A program made the position numbers and the translations under genes. A DNA stretch of 64,000 nt. Source: Clostridia bacterium (GTDB lineage Bacteria > Bacillota > Clostridia > TANB77 > CAG-508). Below the pieces are notes generated by a model, which did no database searches, was not told where the DNA came from, and was given only the letters and a program-made list of their open reading frames with translations. The DNA lies in the NCBI GenBank assembly GCA_017404545.1, contig JAFRCC010000022.1, positions 8,750 through 72,749 of the forward strand. Reading direction: 5' to 3'. Shown in pieces: positions 48,818 to 58,933 of this stretch (the stretch's first letter is position 1; every line of letters begins with the position of its first letter).

Positions 48818-49265
48818 CCTTTCATCTATTTGTGTTTTCTTTTTTTGGCTAGGGTGATTTTACCACCTATTGTTTTGGAAATCAACCCCATTTTTAAATT
48901 TTCACTCACAAGTCACACATTATTTTTAAATTTTCACTGCGATTTTTGCTGCAATATATGTAAATTCATTTTTTTCTTCTGTTGCTCCTTAGATTTTTTT
49001 TCGTACATAACAACAATAAAAACTTGTAATTGGCAACGGTATACATCAAATATTAAAATGTATACCATTGCCAATAAAAAAAAAATATATACTAACAATT
49101 AGTTTTCTTTATAAAATTACAAATAAGTTTTTCTTATACATTAGTAACCAATACTTCTTATATATCCACCCAATAATTTAGCAGGAATAGATATTTATGT
49201 ATACTTTTATTTAAAATTTTTTCGGCGTTTTTACGCTATTCTATTAAGATTTTTCATTTAGCAGC

Positions 49266-49294
49266 TTGCATTTTACGTAAACATATGATAGAAT
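49266..49294 (+). promoter_or_regulatory. Sigma-70-type promoter of the G+C-rich cassette
   Basis: TTGCAT, 17 nt, TAGAAT. About 140 nt upstream of the first ATG. Confidence 0.5.
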
Positions 49295-49442
49295 ATTTTC
49301 TGTTATTTTCTGGAGGATTCCAAAGGTATTTTAAGCGTGGTCAGACGCCTAAAACCTACGAGGTTTATCGTATGGTTTTCAGAATTTAACGATATTTCGT
49401 ATATAAACCAAAGATGAAAAGCCAATAAGGAGGGCATATTTC

Positions 49443-50087
49443 ATGAGCAAAAAGAGCAAAAAGCGTAGCGAAGAGCGCTGCAAACAGTGCATGAACAACA
49501 AGAGCAAGAAGAGCTGCAAGCACACAAAGAACTGCGATTATGCAAAGGGCAACAAGCATTGCGTGGCAGGCAAACATCAGGATAAAGATTATTTCAATCC
49601 CAATGAACATACTCTTGATGAAATGGCTTCTATGCCAACAGACACAGTCGTTAACATGCTTCTTAACCACAACGATGGTTTCTTTGCGGATTTTGCGTAT
49701 CAGTACAGCGCAGTGATGGAAGTTTACGAGCTTATTGAGCAGTACAATGCGGTACGTGCAACATGCATGTCTAACCTGGCAAGTAACTTCAAGGCAGTTG
49801 GAATTCACAATGATGGCGACTATATCAAGCTTGACGAGCAGGTTGTGAAAATTGTGTTGCAAAGCACAAAGAGCAGTAATTTTAAACATCTGCAGGGCAT
49901 TACTAAGAAAGCTCTTCCGACTTTAAAAAAACTTAACCGTGCAATTGAACTGCTGCTGGTTGCTTTCGAGAACCATTCTGAAATGGATGACACTCAGAAG
50001 AACTTTATTAAGGGCATCATGCTTGATTCGAAAGCTGCACTTCTTGACACATTCGATTTTATTTTTTATCCAACTGAGGAGGTTTGA
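49443..50087 (+). CDS. Unknown protein (214 aa) with a basic Cys-rich N-terminus; first gene of the compositionally foreign cassette
   Basis: Strong RBS AAGGAGGG 8 nt upstream. N-terminus MSKKSKKRSEERCKQCMNNKSKKSCKHTKNCDYAKGNKHC (Cx2C...CxxxxC...C). Codon usage (AGC, CAG, GCG, CTG, AAG) is unlike every other gene in the window. Confidence 0.65.
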   Translation: MSKKSKKRSEERCKQCMNNKSKKSCKHTKNCDYAKGNKHCVAGKHQDKDYFNPNEHTLDEMASMPTDTVVNMLLNHNDGFFADFAYQYSAVMEVYELIEQYNAVRATCMSNLASNFKAVGIHNDGDYIKLDEQVVKIVLQSTKSSNFKHLQGITKKALPTLKKLNRAIELLLVAFENHSEMDDTQKNFIKGIMLDSKAALLDTFDFIFYPTEEV

Positions 50088-50091
50088 AGAA

Positions 50092-50733
50092 ATGATTAAG
50101 AGATTTTCTGAAAATGTTACTGGCGGCGACAACAACTCGGATACTCCGAACAGAGCAATGTACTCTCCCATGGAGTGTGTTAAGGACATGGCACTTGAAA
50201 GCTTGTATGAACTTATCAAAGGCAAGATGTCTACATGCGACCCATCTAATCAGCTTATTTTTAAGCGGCTGCTTGGTTATGTTGAACTGATTCAGGAGGC
50301 AGCACATTCTTATTATGAGGTAATGGAAATTATTGTTGATATGGAGCTTAACCTGATTGAGCAATTTGGTTACTCATATAACAAAAGCTCTGATGGCACA
50401 ATTGATTTCTACGAGAGCGATACATCAACAAAATCCTCAAATACGGCGGAATCTGAGAAAACTCCTCTGACTGAAAAAGCTTACCACACAATTATCAGCC
50501 ACCTTCATACGGATATTCGTGAGAATGGTATTCCCAATGATGTAAAACCGGCGTACAATCGTATGAAAGCTGTTTTGAGTAAGTTGGTTAACGGAGAAAC
50601 GCATTTTGGACTTGCGATGGCACAGGCTAGACCTTATCTGAGCAGTATCGAGGCAATGCTTTGCATTACTCAGTATTATTCCAATATGCAACTTCTGCTT
50701 TCACTCAAGAGCATGTTTGAGTCATATCGCTGA
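50092..50733 (+). CDS. Unknown protein (213 aa); second, translationally coupled gene of the foreign cassette
   Basis: RBS GAGGAGG overlaps the stop of the upstream gene, leaving a 4-nt gap. Same atypical codon usage. No recognisable motif. Confidence 0.65.
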   Translation: MIKRFSENVTGGDNNSDTPNRAMYSPMECVKDMALESLYELIKGKMSTCDPSNQLIFKRLLGYVELIQEAAHSYYEVMEIIVDMELNLIEQFGYSYNKSSDGTIDFYESDTSTKSSNTAESEKTPLTEKAYHTIISHLHTDIRENGIPNDVKPAYNRMKAVLSKLVNGETHFGLAMAQARPYLSSIEAMLCITQYYSNMQLLLSLKSMFESYR

Positions 50734-50797
50734 AAGTCGTATTGCTGATTGGCTTAGTTGCTGACCCAACTATTTCTGCAATTGAACGACATCATAA

Positions 50798-50841
50798 AAC
50801 GGAGCATAACCTGCAATAGGTATGCTCCGTTTTTTTTTTAC
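50798..50841. terminator. Bidirectional rho-independent terminator
   Basis: aacggagcata...tatgctccgtt followed by T10. Ends the cassette, and in reverse ends spoIIP. Confidence 0.7.
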
Positions 50842-50853
50842 TTAGGTTAATGT

Positions 50854-52044
50854 CTACTTTATAACCTCGTCTAAAACTTTTGATAAATATTTGGCAGCCC
50901 CTTCACATTCTTCAAGTGTATTACCTGTAGCGCCAAATTCTATTATAGTTGCTGCCGATGATAAATGTTGGTTGTATCTAGCATTTCTCACAATTATTGG
51001 CTTAAACAAACCTGGGTACATTTCATTTCCCTTTTTTTGAACTTTTATGGCAAACTCTAAATTTTTCTTCCAATTATCATGCTCTAGTCCACTTCCATCT
51101 GTCCCAATAACAAACATAATCTGCGATACATACTCATCTCCTATTTTTACTTTTGGAGCATAGCTTTCATCGCTCATAGCATCCCTATGCAAATCTATTA
51201 TAATTTGCGTTTTGGGGTTTTTCTGCAATATGGCTGACACTGTTTTTAAAGACCTGCCGTATGACCCATTATATGCTGGATAGTCATGATATGTTTTGTC
51301 GTGTATTACATTAAAGCCATAGCTTGTTAAATAAGTTTGCATAACATCCCCTACTTTAGCGACACTGTAATTTAAATCTGTTGTTCTATAATTTCCACTT
51401 TCTACATACGTACTGCTCTGCGTTTGGGTATAACTTTCGCAGGTATGTGTGTGAAATATTATTATGTTTTTATTTTCTATTTTTGAATTATTGGAAGACA
51501 AATTTAATGTATTTAAATCATATTTCGACTCGTTCTTTATTTTTACCCCATCTATTTCGTAATTATGAGTTTGCTTGTACGAAGAATTAACTACTTCTGT
51601 TTTTAAATTTTCTTCTACTTTTTCTATTTGAATTTCCTGTTGATTCTCATTATTTGTTTCTATTGTTTGCTCGGCATCAATCTTAGCATTATCATTATCT
51701 GCATTTGTACTGGCAGAAGTTGTTTCTTGATTATCATCATATTCCATATTTTCGTCATTAACGGGATTTTCTTCTTTAACTAATATTTCAGACAGCATAA
51801 GCTCTTTATCTAATAATTGCTTTGGATTAACTTTAGAAATATCAGTTATATTTGTATCTCCCATTGCTGGAATTTCTTCTGTTAAATACGAAATTGCCAT
51901 TTTCATGCTGAGCTCTGTTTTACTTAAATATTTATTCGACGCTTTAACAATTCCAACTACGGAAATTAAAATTAAGATTATTATTGCAATTTTAGGTATT
52001 TTTCTTACTATATCTTTAGTTGAAACTACCGAAACCCTAATCAT
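50854..52044 (-). CDS. spoIIP: Stage II sporulation protein P (SpoIIP)
   Basis: N-terminal TM. IIFHTHTCESY (the HTHxxE-type motif of SpoIIP) and C-terminal amidase-like region. Confidence 0.7.
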   Translation of the reverse strand: MIRVSVVSTKDIVRKIPKIAIIILILISVVGIVKASNKYLSKTELSMKMAISYLTEEIPAMGDTNITDISKVNPKQLLDKELMLSEILVKEENPVNDENMEYDDNQETTSASTNADNDNAKIDAEQTIETNNENQQEIQIEKVEENLKTEVVNSSYKQTHNYEIDGVKIKNESKYDLNTLNLSSNNSKIENKNIIIFHTHTCESYTQTQSSTYVESGNYRTTDLNYSVAKVGDVMQTYLTSYGFNVIHDKTYHDYPAYNGSYGRSLKTVSAILQKNPKTQIIIDLHRDAMSDESYAPKVKIGDEYVSQIMFVIGTDGSGLEHDNWKKNLEFAIKVQKKGNEMYPGLFKPIIVRNARYNQHLSSAATIIEFGATGNTLEECEGAAKYLSKVLDEVIK

Positions 52045-52145
52045 AAATTTCTCCTTTGTATAATAAAACTACTATTATTTATTATATTAGGATTTCGCCA
52101 TTTTAGAACGATAAACAAATATAAACGGCTCTGTTTTGTTCGATT

Positions 52146-53408
52146 TTACACTATTCTTAATATATCGTGATATGTTACATATAGTGATAACATTATCATT
52201 AATCCGAAACCTACCATTTGAATTCCAACTTCGTACTTTTCGTCTAAAGGTTTTTTTCGTATTGCTTCTATTATTAGCAAAACAATTTTTCCTCCATCAA
52301 GTGGTGGAAACGGTAATAAATTTGTTACTCCTAGCGATAACGAAATTAGTGTAAGCATCGATATAAAAGATGCCCAACCATCAGTTTTTGCAACTGCTCT
52401 AGATATTCCAACTGGGCCCATAAAATCGCTAGTTTTTACTTTGCCAGTAAATAGTTGCTTAAGATTTTCCACAATTGAAAAAGCAAAATCTCCGGTGTTA
52501 ATTAGCCCGTAATATAACTTCGTTCCAAATGATTCATCTGCTAATGTAAAGTTTACACCTAATTTGTATCTAACCTTCTTTATTGGAATTATATCCAGCG
52601 ATACTTCTCCTCCAAGTCTTCTAACAACAAAATTAATCTTTTCATCATTATAATGCTGTTGTATAGTTTCTGATAACTTGCTGGCATTATTTTCAACATT
52701 TTCACCTGCAATAGAAATAATTGTATCGCCAACATTAACCCCTTGGTTTTCAACACTATCTTCGCCTCTTACGAAACCCTGTACCTTCGTGCTATCTTCT
52801 GCTTCTAAGTACATTCCTGTTGTGTAGTATTCTTCTGGTGTTGGGTTCAGTCTAGTTTCAATTATGTTTCCATTTCTTTCAAGAAGAATCATTAATTCTT
52901 CTCCATTACAGTTTTCCATTATTTTATCGATATCAGACTTAATTCGGACTTTTTTTCCATTTATCTTCTTTATTGTATCTCCACTTTGAATTCCAGATGT
53001 TTCAGCCGCATAGCCGGAAACTACGTTATCTATTTTTGTTGTGATGTTTTGACCAACTGACATTTGAAGTGGCAAAAATACACATATTGCAAAAATTATA
53101 TTTACTAATCCTCCTGCGGCAACTATTGCAATTCTTTTTGGAATTGAAACTTTACTAAAAGATCTTTCCTCATCAGATCTTTCTGTTTCGCCTTCCATAC
53201 TAACAAAGCCACCTAAAGGAATTAATCTTAACGCATATTTCGTTTCTTTACCCTTTTTTTTCCATATTGTTGGACCAAATCCAATGGCGAACTCGTTTAC
53301 CTTTACTTTACACAATTTTGCAACCGTAAAATGGCCTAGTTCATGGATAAACACCAAAAATCCGAGTAAAGCTATTATTTTTATTGCACCAATAATAAAA
53401 CTAATCAA
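52146..53408 (-). CDS. rseP: RIP zinc metalloprotease RseP (site-2 protease)
   Basis: HELGHF near the N-terminus, PDZ region, and LLPFPPLDGG motif. Confidence 0.85.
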   Translation of the reverse strand: MISFIIGAIKIIALLGFLVFIHELGHFTVAKLCKVKVNEFAIGFGPTIWKKKGKETKYALRLIPLGGFVSMEGETERSDEERSFSKVSIPKRIAIVAAGGLVNIIFAICVFLPLQMSVGQNITTKIDNVVSGYAAETSGIQSGDTIKKINGKKVRIKSDIDKIMENCNGEELMILLERNGNIIETRLNPTPEEYYTTGMYLEAEDSTKVQGFVRGEDSVENQGVNVGDTIISIAGENVENNASKLSETIQQHYNDEKINFVVRRLGGEVSLDIIPIKKVRYKLGVNFTLADESFGTKLYYGLINTGDFAFSIVENLKQLFTGKVKTSDFMGPVGISRAVAKTDGWASFISMLTLISLSLGVTNLLPFPPLDGGKIVLLIIEAIRKKPLDEKYEVGIQMVGFGLMIMLSLYVTYHDILRIV

Positions 53409-53424
53409 AGTATATCCTCCTAAG

Positions 53425-54234
53425 TTATATTAACATTAATAAGAAAAATGCAAACGGAGCAGTGAACATGAAACTATCAAATCTATCTAAAATTCCTCCA
53501 TGCCCTGGAATTAAATTTCCAAAATCTTTCACTCCAGTATAGCGTTTTATGCTTGAAGCTGAGAAGTCTCCAACTTGACTTACAATACTTAAAATAGCAC
53601 CTATAACGCCAATTATTACGTAATTTATTGTATAATTGAAACCTTTATTTAGAATAAATGTGTATATAATTGTTAAAATTACGGCCCCTATAATACCTGC
53701 AATACATCCCTCTATTGATTTATTCGGGCTTATTTGACTAAATTTATGTTTGCCAAATCTTCTTCCAATTATATATGCAAATACATCTGTTCCCCATGCT
53801 GAAAACGCTACATACCATATATATATTTTGCCATTGTCCATTCCAAATATTTTTGATATAAATGCATAAAAAGCAACTATATATAGTATTCCGAAAAGTG
53901 TAACCGATACATCTTTTATTGTTATTTTCATGTTACTTATAATTATATGTAAAAATAATATGAATATGATTAATGGAATAATTAGTGCAATTGTATACAT
54001 TAGCTGTCCATTAGGAATTACGTGCAATAATGGAAGTATTAAGCACGAAATATAACTAATCCAGGCAATAGGTTTGGCTTTTTTGGCTCTTTTAAAGCAT
54101 TTTGTGTACTCGTATACACTTATAATCGCTAAAACTGCTATTATTGTATCCATTACATATACATTTGCAAATATAAATATCAAGGCTGCAATTGGAACAC
54201 CAACTACTCCTGAAATAATTCTTTTCAAATTCAT
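53425..54234 (-). CDS. cdsA: Phosphatidate cytidylyltransferase CdsA
   Basis: Polytopic. C-terminal GHGGILDRFDS signature. Confidence 0.85.
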   Translation of the reverse strand: MNLKRIISGVVGVPIAALIFIFANVYVMDTIIAVLAIISVYEYTKCFKRAKKAKPIAWISYISCLILPLLHVIPNGQLMYTIALIIPLIIFILFLHIIISNMKITIKDVSVTLFGILYIVAFYAFISKIFGMDNGKIYIWYVAFSAWGTDVFAYIIGRRFGKHKFSQISPNKSIEGCIAGIIGAVILTIIYTFILNKGFNYTINYVIIGVIGAILSIVSQVGDFSASSIKRYTGVKDFGNLIPGHGGILDRFDSFMFTAPFAFFLLMLI

Positions 54235-54237
54235 TAT

Positions 54238-54948
54238 TTATTTTCCTCCGAATTTTCTATTTCTCTTTTGATATACTTTTATGGCCTCATCTACATCATC
54301 GTTATTAAAATCTGGCCAGTACTTTTGTACAAAATAAAACTCTGAATATACAAGTTGCCATGGTAAGAAATTGCTTGTTCTTATCTCACCACTTGTTCTT
54401 ATTAGTAAATCTGGATCAGGTTGCCCTGCTGTATATAATTTTGAATTTACAACCTCTTCTGAAATATTTTCAATATTAAGTATTCCATCTTTTACATCCT
54501 GAGCTACTTCTTTTATTGCTTTTATTATTTCGGCTCTTCCACCATAGTTTAGTGCTATATTAAATGTTAGTCCGGTATTATTTTTTGTTCTTTCTATTGC
54601 ATTTGCTATAGATTTTTGTATTCCTTTATCTAGGGCTGTTACGTCCCCTATTACCTTTATTTTCATATTTTCTGTATCTGCTTGTTTCGAAAATTTATCT
54701 AAATAGAATCTTAATAAATTCATTAAAGCCCCAACTTCTTCTTTAGCTCTTTTCCAATTTTCTGTTGAAAAAGCGTATACAGTTAAGTGCTTAATTCCTA
54801 TATTATTACAATATCTTGCAATATTTTCTAATACCTCTGCTCCACGTTTGTGTCCATCAGATACGTTTAATCCTCTTTCTCTTGCCCATCTTCTATTGCC
54901 ATCCATTATTATAGCTATATGCTGTGGTAAGTACGTGTTCTCGTCCAT
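54238..54948 (-). CDS. uppS: Isoprenyl transferase (undecaprenyl diphosphate synthase UppS)
   Basis: HIAIIMDGNRRWARERGL...TVYAFSTENWKR. Confidence 0.9.
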   Translation of the reverse strand: MDENTYLPQHIAIIMDGNRRWARERGLNVSDGHKRGAEVLENIARYCNNIGIKHLTVYAFSTENWKRAKEEVGALMNLLRFYLDKFSKQADTENMKIKVIGDVTALDKGIQKSIANAIERTKNNTGLTFNIALNYGGRAEIIKAIKEVAQDVKDGILNIENISEEVVNSKLYTAGQPDPDLLIRTSGEIRTSNFLPWQLVYSEFYFVQKYWPDFNNDDVDEAIKVYQKRNRKFGGK

Positions 54949-54963
54949 ATAAAGTCCCCTTTA

Positions 54964-55854
54964 TTACTTATTTCTATTCTTAATATATAATGCCAATTCA
55001 ACTAGAAATTCGCTATTTTTGTTATATTTTTTGATGATATCTACTGCTTCATTTGTAATTTGTTCAAGCATCTCTTGCGCTTTTTGTAATCCATATTTAG
55101 TTACGTACGTGCATTTGCCTCTCTCTCTATCATTTCCAACTGGTTTACCAAGCTCTTCTGCATTTCCAATTTCCGACAAAATATCATCTTTTATTTGGAA
55201 TGCTAGACCAATTTTTTCAGCATACATTTCAAGCTTAGATATATCTTCTTCTTGGGCACCTGCTAGAATTGCACCTATTTTAACAGGTGCTTTTATTAAT
55301 GCTCCTGTTTTATTTTCGTGCATATATTCTAAGTAGTCACTTGAAATTTCTTTTCCCTCGAACTCTGTATCAATATATTCACCAGCAATCATTCTATCAA
55401 TTCCATACGACAATTCATACAAAGCTTCTATTTTACGACTTTTTTCGACAATATCCGATGTGTTTCCTATGTCATCTATAAGAATTTTGTATGCTCCGTT
55501 CAAAAGGGAATCCCCGGCCAGAATAGCTGTTGCCTCATTGTATTTTTTATGGTTTGTTAGCTTGCCTCTTCGATAATCATCGTCATCTATTCCCGGTAAA
55601 TCGTCATGAATTAAAGAGAATGTATGCACCATTTCAATTGCAACTGCGTTCTTGTAACATTTTTCTATATCATCTTTGAATAAAGAATATGTTACAATCA
55701 TTAATATAGGTCTAAGTCGTTTTCCTCCAGCAAGCAAACTATAGCCTTTTGATTCATTTAATATTCTTTCTGGGCACTCCTTTTTTTCTACATATTTCTG
55801 TAATTCTGAGTTAATTAATTCTATATATTTGCTTAGCTCTTCTTTAAAGTTCAT
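54964..55854 (-). CDS. Polyprenyl diphosphate synthase (IspA/FPP-GGPP synthase family)
   Basis: First DDxxD motif LIHDDLPGIDDDDYRRGK. Second aspartate-rich motif FQIKDDILS. Confidence 0.8.
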   Translation of the reverse strand: MNFKEELSKYIELINSELQKYVEKKECPERILNESKGYSLLAGGKRLRPILMIVTYSLFKDDIEKCYKNAVAIEMVHTFSLIHDDLPGIDDDDYRRGKLTNHKKYNEATAILAGDSLLNGAYKILIDDIGNTSDIVEKSRKIEALYELSYGIDRMIAGEYIDTEFEGKEISSDYLEYMHENKTGALIKAPVKIGAILAGAQEEDISKLEMYAEKIGLAFQIKDDILSEIGNAEELGKPVGNDRERGKCTYVTKYGLQKAQEMLEQITNEAVDIIKKYNKNSEFLVELALYIKNRNK

Positions 55855-55989
55855 TCGATTCCTCCCTTAAATTTGGGGACGGAGCAAAAAATTCAATAAA
55901 TAATCAATATACAAAATTTTTGCTCTGCCCTCAAATACTGCTTCATTTAATGCTAATGGGTAACTAATTTTTTTTCTCCGTCCCCAAAT

Positions 55990-56538
55990 TTACACACTCA
56001 TTACTTCTTTTTCTTTATTTGCTAATAATTTGTCTATTTCTTCAATATTTTTGTCTGTAATTTTTTGTATCTCATCCTCTGCCACTTTTAATTCGTCCTC
56101 TGTTATTTCTGAATCTTTTTGTTTTTTCTTGAATTCTTCAATTCCATCTCTTCTTATTGATCTAATAGCAACTTTTGATTCTTCTGCTATTTTTTTAATA
56201 TTCTTAACAATTTCTTTTCTTCTTTCTTCGTTAAGCTCTGGGAAATTAAGTCTTATAACTTTTCCATCATTATTTGGATTAATTCCAATATCTGCCTTTA
56301 AGATTTCTTTTTCTATTTCTTTTAGAACACTCAAATCCCATGGCTGAATTACTATTAATCTTGCTTCTGGAACAGAAATTCCTGCTACTTGAGATATTGG
56401 AGTTGGTACTCCATAATAGTCTATTTTAACTTTGTTTAATATAGCTGGATTTGCACGTCCAGCTCTTATTTCTGCTAAACTATTTTCAAAAACAGTTAAT
56501 GTTTTTTCCATTTTTTCTTTTATATCATCATAATTCAT
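55990..56538 (-). CDS. frr: Ribosome recycling factor
   Basis: 182 aa. ...IRAGRANPAILNKVKIDYYGVPTPISQVAGISVPEARLIVIQPWD... Confidence 0.9.
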   Translation of the reverse strand: MNYDDIKEKMEKTLTVFENSLAEIRAGRANPAILNKVKIDYYGVPTPISQVAGISVPEARLIVIQPWDLSVLKEIEKEILKADIGINPNNDGKVIRLNFPELNEERRKEIVKNIKKIAEESKVAIRSIRRDGIEEFKKKQKDSEITEDELKVAEDEIQKITDKNIEEIDKLLANKEKEVMSV

Positions 56539-56700
56539 AACACAACCTACTTTCCTAGATGGATGAGTTTGAAAATTTTAGTACATGCTGTTGCACATTA
56601 ATTAATACTCATCCATTCACTATTCTATATTAATTTTATATTAAATTTATATTAAAAAATTATTTATGGGACTTAAATTTTTTGCTCCGTCCCCATTATT

Positions 56701-57411
56701 TTAGTCAGAAACTATAGTTCCAACATTCTCACCTTTAACCGCTTTTATCATATTTGTTGAATCGTTCATTGCAAATACAACTAGTGGAATGTTGTTTTCT
56801 CTACATAATGAAATTGCTGTTGCATCCATTACTTTTAAATCTTTATTTAATACATCCATATATGAAATTTTATCGTATTTTACTGCTGTTGGGTCAACTT
56901 TTGGATCTGCAGAGTATACACCATCTATTGTTTTAGCAACTAATATAACTTCGGCGTTTACTTCTGCTGCTCTTAATGCAGCCCCTGTATCTGTTGTGAA
57001 GTGTGTATTACCAGTTCCACAAGCGAAAATAACAACTCTACCTTTTTCTAAATGTTTTACAGCTTTTCTTCTTATGTACGGCTCTGCTATTTCTCTCATT
57101 TCAATTGCCGTTTGAACTCTTGTGAATATACCTTTAGACTCTAAGGCATCTTGCAATGCTAATGCATTTATTGTTGTTGCTAGCATTCCCATATGGTCTG
57201 ATGTTGTTTTTTCCATGTTGTATCCATATTTACCTCTCCAGAAGTTTCCTCCTCCTACTACAACTGCTACTTGAACTCCAAGCTCTATCATCTGTTTAAT
57301 TTGGTTTGTAATATCTTCTACTACTTCTGCTGAGATTCCTGCTTTGTTTTCACCTGCTAGTGCTTCTCCACTTAATTTTAATAATACTCTTTTATACTTA
57401 ATTTCTGACAT
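56701..57411 (-). CDS. pyrH: UMP kinase
   Basis: [14 protein letters not shown]...[11 protein letters not shown]. Confidence 0.9.
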   Translation of the reverse strand: MSEIKYKRVLLKLSGEALAGENKAGISAEVVEDITNQIKQMIELGVQVAVVVGGGNFWRGKYGYNMEKTTSDHMGMLATTINALALQDALESKGIFTRVQTAIEMREIAEPYIRRKAVKHLEKGRVVIFACGTGNTHFTTDTGAALRAAEVNAEVILVAKTIDGVYSADPKVDPTAVKYDKISYMDVLNKDLKVMDATAISLCRENNIPLVVFAMNDSTNMIKAVKGENVGTIVSD

Positions 57412-57575
57412 AAGTTTTACACTCCTTTTTTATTCATATGAGGCCATTTTATCATACATATTATAAAATTTGCACCCCTTTTTTCAAAAATAATGAAAAA
57501 AAAGATAAATTTTAGCCATTTGCCAAAACTTATCTTCTACTTTACTCATACTTTACTTACTTTGTTATTGTTAAC

Positions 57576-57983
57576 CTATTTTAATTTTATATTTTGCTTC
57601 TTAAATACAAATACTGCTCCACTAATCAAAATAACGGCTCCTACAACAAATATAACCTCTGTATTTGATCCTGTTGCAGGCATTTTTGTGCTTGATGCGC
57701 TACTTGTTGAAGTTGATGTAGATGTATTTGTTGTTTTTTTAGCAGCTTCTTCCTCTGCCTTCTTTTTAGCTTCCTCTTCTGCTTTCTTTTTAGCATCTTC
57801 GTCTTCTGTTGTTGTATTATTACTAGTATTGTTTTCTGGTATATTAACAAAATCTAAATCTAAACCATCAATACCATTATTTGGTTCAACTGCAAATGAT
57901 TTAGCAGATACAACTAATATAAACAAAACAGCTACAGCCAATATTTTTAATACACTTCTTATTAATTTTACATTTTCTTTCAT
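57576..57983 (-). CDS. Small surface protein with a sortase-type sorting signal
   Basis: Signal peptide. AEEEAKKK repeats. C-terminal KMPATGSNTEVIFVVGAVILISGAVFVFKKQN. RBS AAGGAG upstream. The overlapping plus-strand ORF 57493..58005 is judged antisense. Confidence 0.5.
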   Translation of the reverse strand: MKENVKLIRSVLKILAVAVLFILVVSAKSFAVEPNNGIDGLDLDFVNIPENNTSNNTTTEDEDAKKKAEEEAKKKAEEEAAKKTTNTSTSTSTSSASSTKMPATGSNTEVIFVVGAVILISGAVFVFKKQNIKLK

Positions 57984-58072
57984 CTTTCCGTTTCTCCTTT
58001 TTTAATCTTTCGTTTTATAATACAATTCTATATTTATTTTTTTTAATAGTCAACATTTTATAACAAATTTTT

Positions 58073-58933
58073 TTATGTATTTTTTAACAAATTTACCACA
58101 TCGTCTACGCTCTTTTGCGGAGTAGACGCTCCAGCCATTATTCCTACTTTATTTACGCCATCAAAATTAGATAAATCTATCTCAGATTTATCTTCAATAC
58201 AAATTACTTTTTGGCAATCTTTACAAGAAATTTCATAAAGTTTTTTTGTATTAGAGCTATTTTTTCCTCCAATAATAATCATAAAATCTACTTGTTTTGA
58301 CATTTCTTCCGTTTCTTCTTGTCTAATCTTTGTTGCATTACAAATAGTATTTATTACATCAAGATGTATACCATTGTCAATTTCTGATTTTATAATATCA
58401 ATGTATTTATTAAACTTCTCTATACTAAAAGTCGTTTGTACAACAACTAAAAGATTCTTTTTATCTGATAGTTTTAAATTATCTATGGCTCCTCCTATAT
58501 CGTCTTCATGCTCTATAACACAAGAATAATCTCCACAAAAGCTTGCAGTACCAAGGGTTTCTGGGTGCACTTTATTTCCAATAAGAAAAGTAAAATAGTC
58601 TTTATTTGCGTATTCCGAAACAATTTTATGAATTTTTAATACCTTCGGACATGTTAAATCAACTAGCTCTATACCATCTTGCTTTGCTTTTTCATATATT
58701 GCTTTTTGAACACCATGTGCTCTTATAATTGTTTTACTTTTATCTGTATTTTGAGATAAATCTTCTATAAACTTTATACCATTTTCTTCTAGATTTTTTA
58801 CTACCTTGCTATTGTGTACTATTTCTCCGAGACAACACACTTTACTACTTTTTTTAAGCTCTTCCGTTGCTTTGTCTACTGCATTTTTTACTCCGTAGCA
58901 AAACCCTGCTGTTTTTCCTACAACTATTTCCAT
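58073..58933 (-). CDS. ispH: 4-hydroxy-3-methylbut-2-enyl diphosphate reductase (IspH/LytB)
   Basis: MEIVVGKTAGFCYGVKNAV... N-terminus. Conserved Cys at ...VCCLGEIVHN and ...LTCPKV. Confidence 0.8.
   Translation of the reverse strand: MEIVVGKTAGFCYGVKNAVDKATEELKKSSKVCCLGEIVHNSKVVKNLEENGIKFIEDLSQNTDKSKTIIRAHGVQKAIYEKAKQDGIELVDLTCPKVLKIHKIVSEYANKDYFTFLIGNKVHPETLGTASFCGDYSCVIEHEDDIGGAIDNLKLSDKKNLLVVVQTTFSIEKFNKYIDIIKSEIDNGIHLDVINTICNATKIRQEETEEMSKQVDFMIIIGGKNSSNTKKLYEISCKDCQKVICIEDKSEIDLSNFDGVNKVGIMAGASTPQKSVDDVVNLLKNT

Noticed and set aside
49800-50175. EcoRI, HindIII, PstI and NcoI sites clustered in the foreign cassette as a sign of a cloning artefact
   Set aside because: A handful of 6-bp sites in 1.3 kb of ~45% G+C DNA is unremarkable. 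The cassette is still flagged on composition and codon usage, not on these sites.
49386-50691. Minus-strand ORFs (49386..49889, 49923..50225, 50059..50364, 50437..50691) overlapping the G+C-rich cassette
   Set aside because: They lack RBSs and run through the promoter and leader. The plus-strand pair has strong RBSs and tight coupling. Antisense ORFs are expected by chance in G+C-richer DNA.
57493-58005. Plus-strand 170-aa ORF
   Set aside because: It is antisense to the 135-aa surface protein, which has an RBS, a signal peptide and a sorting signal. The plus-strand ORF is low-complexity Leu/Phe/Ser.
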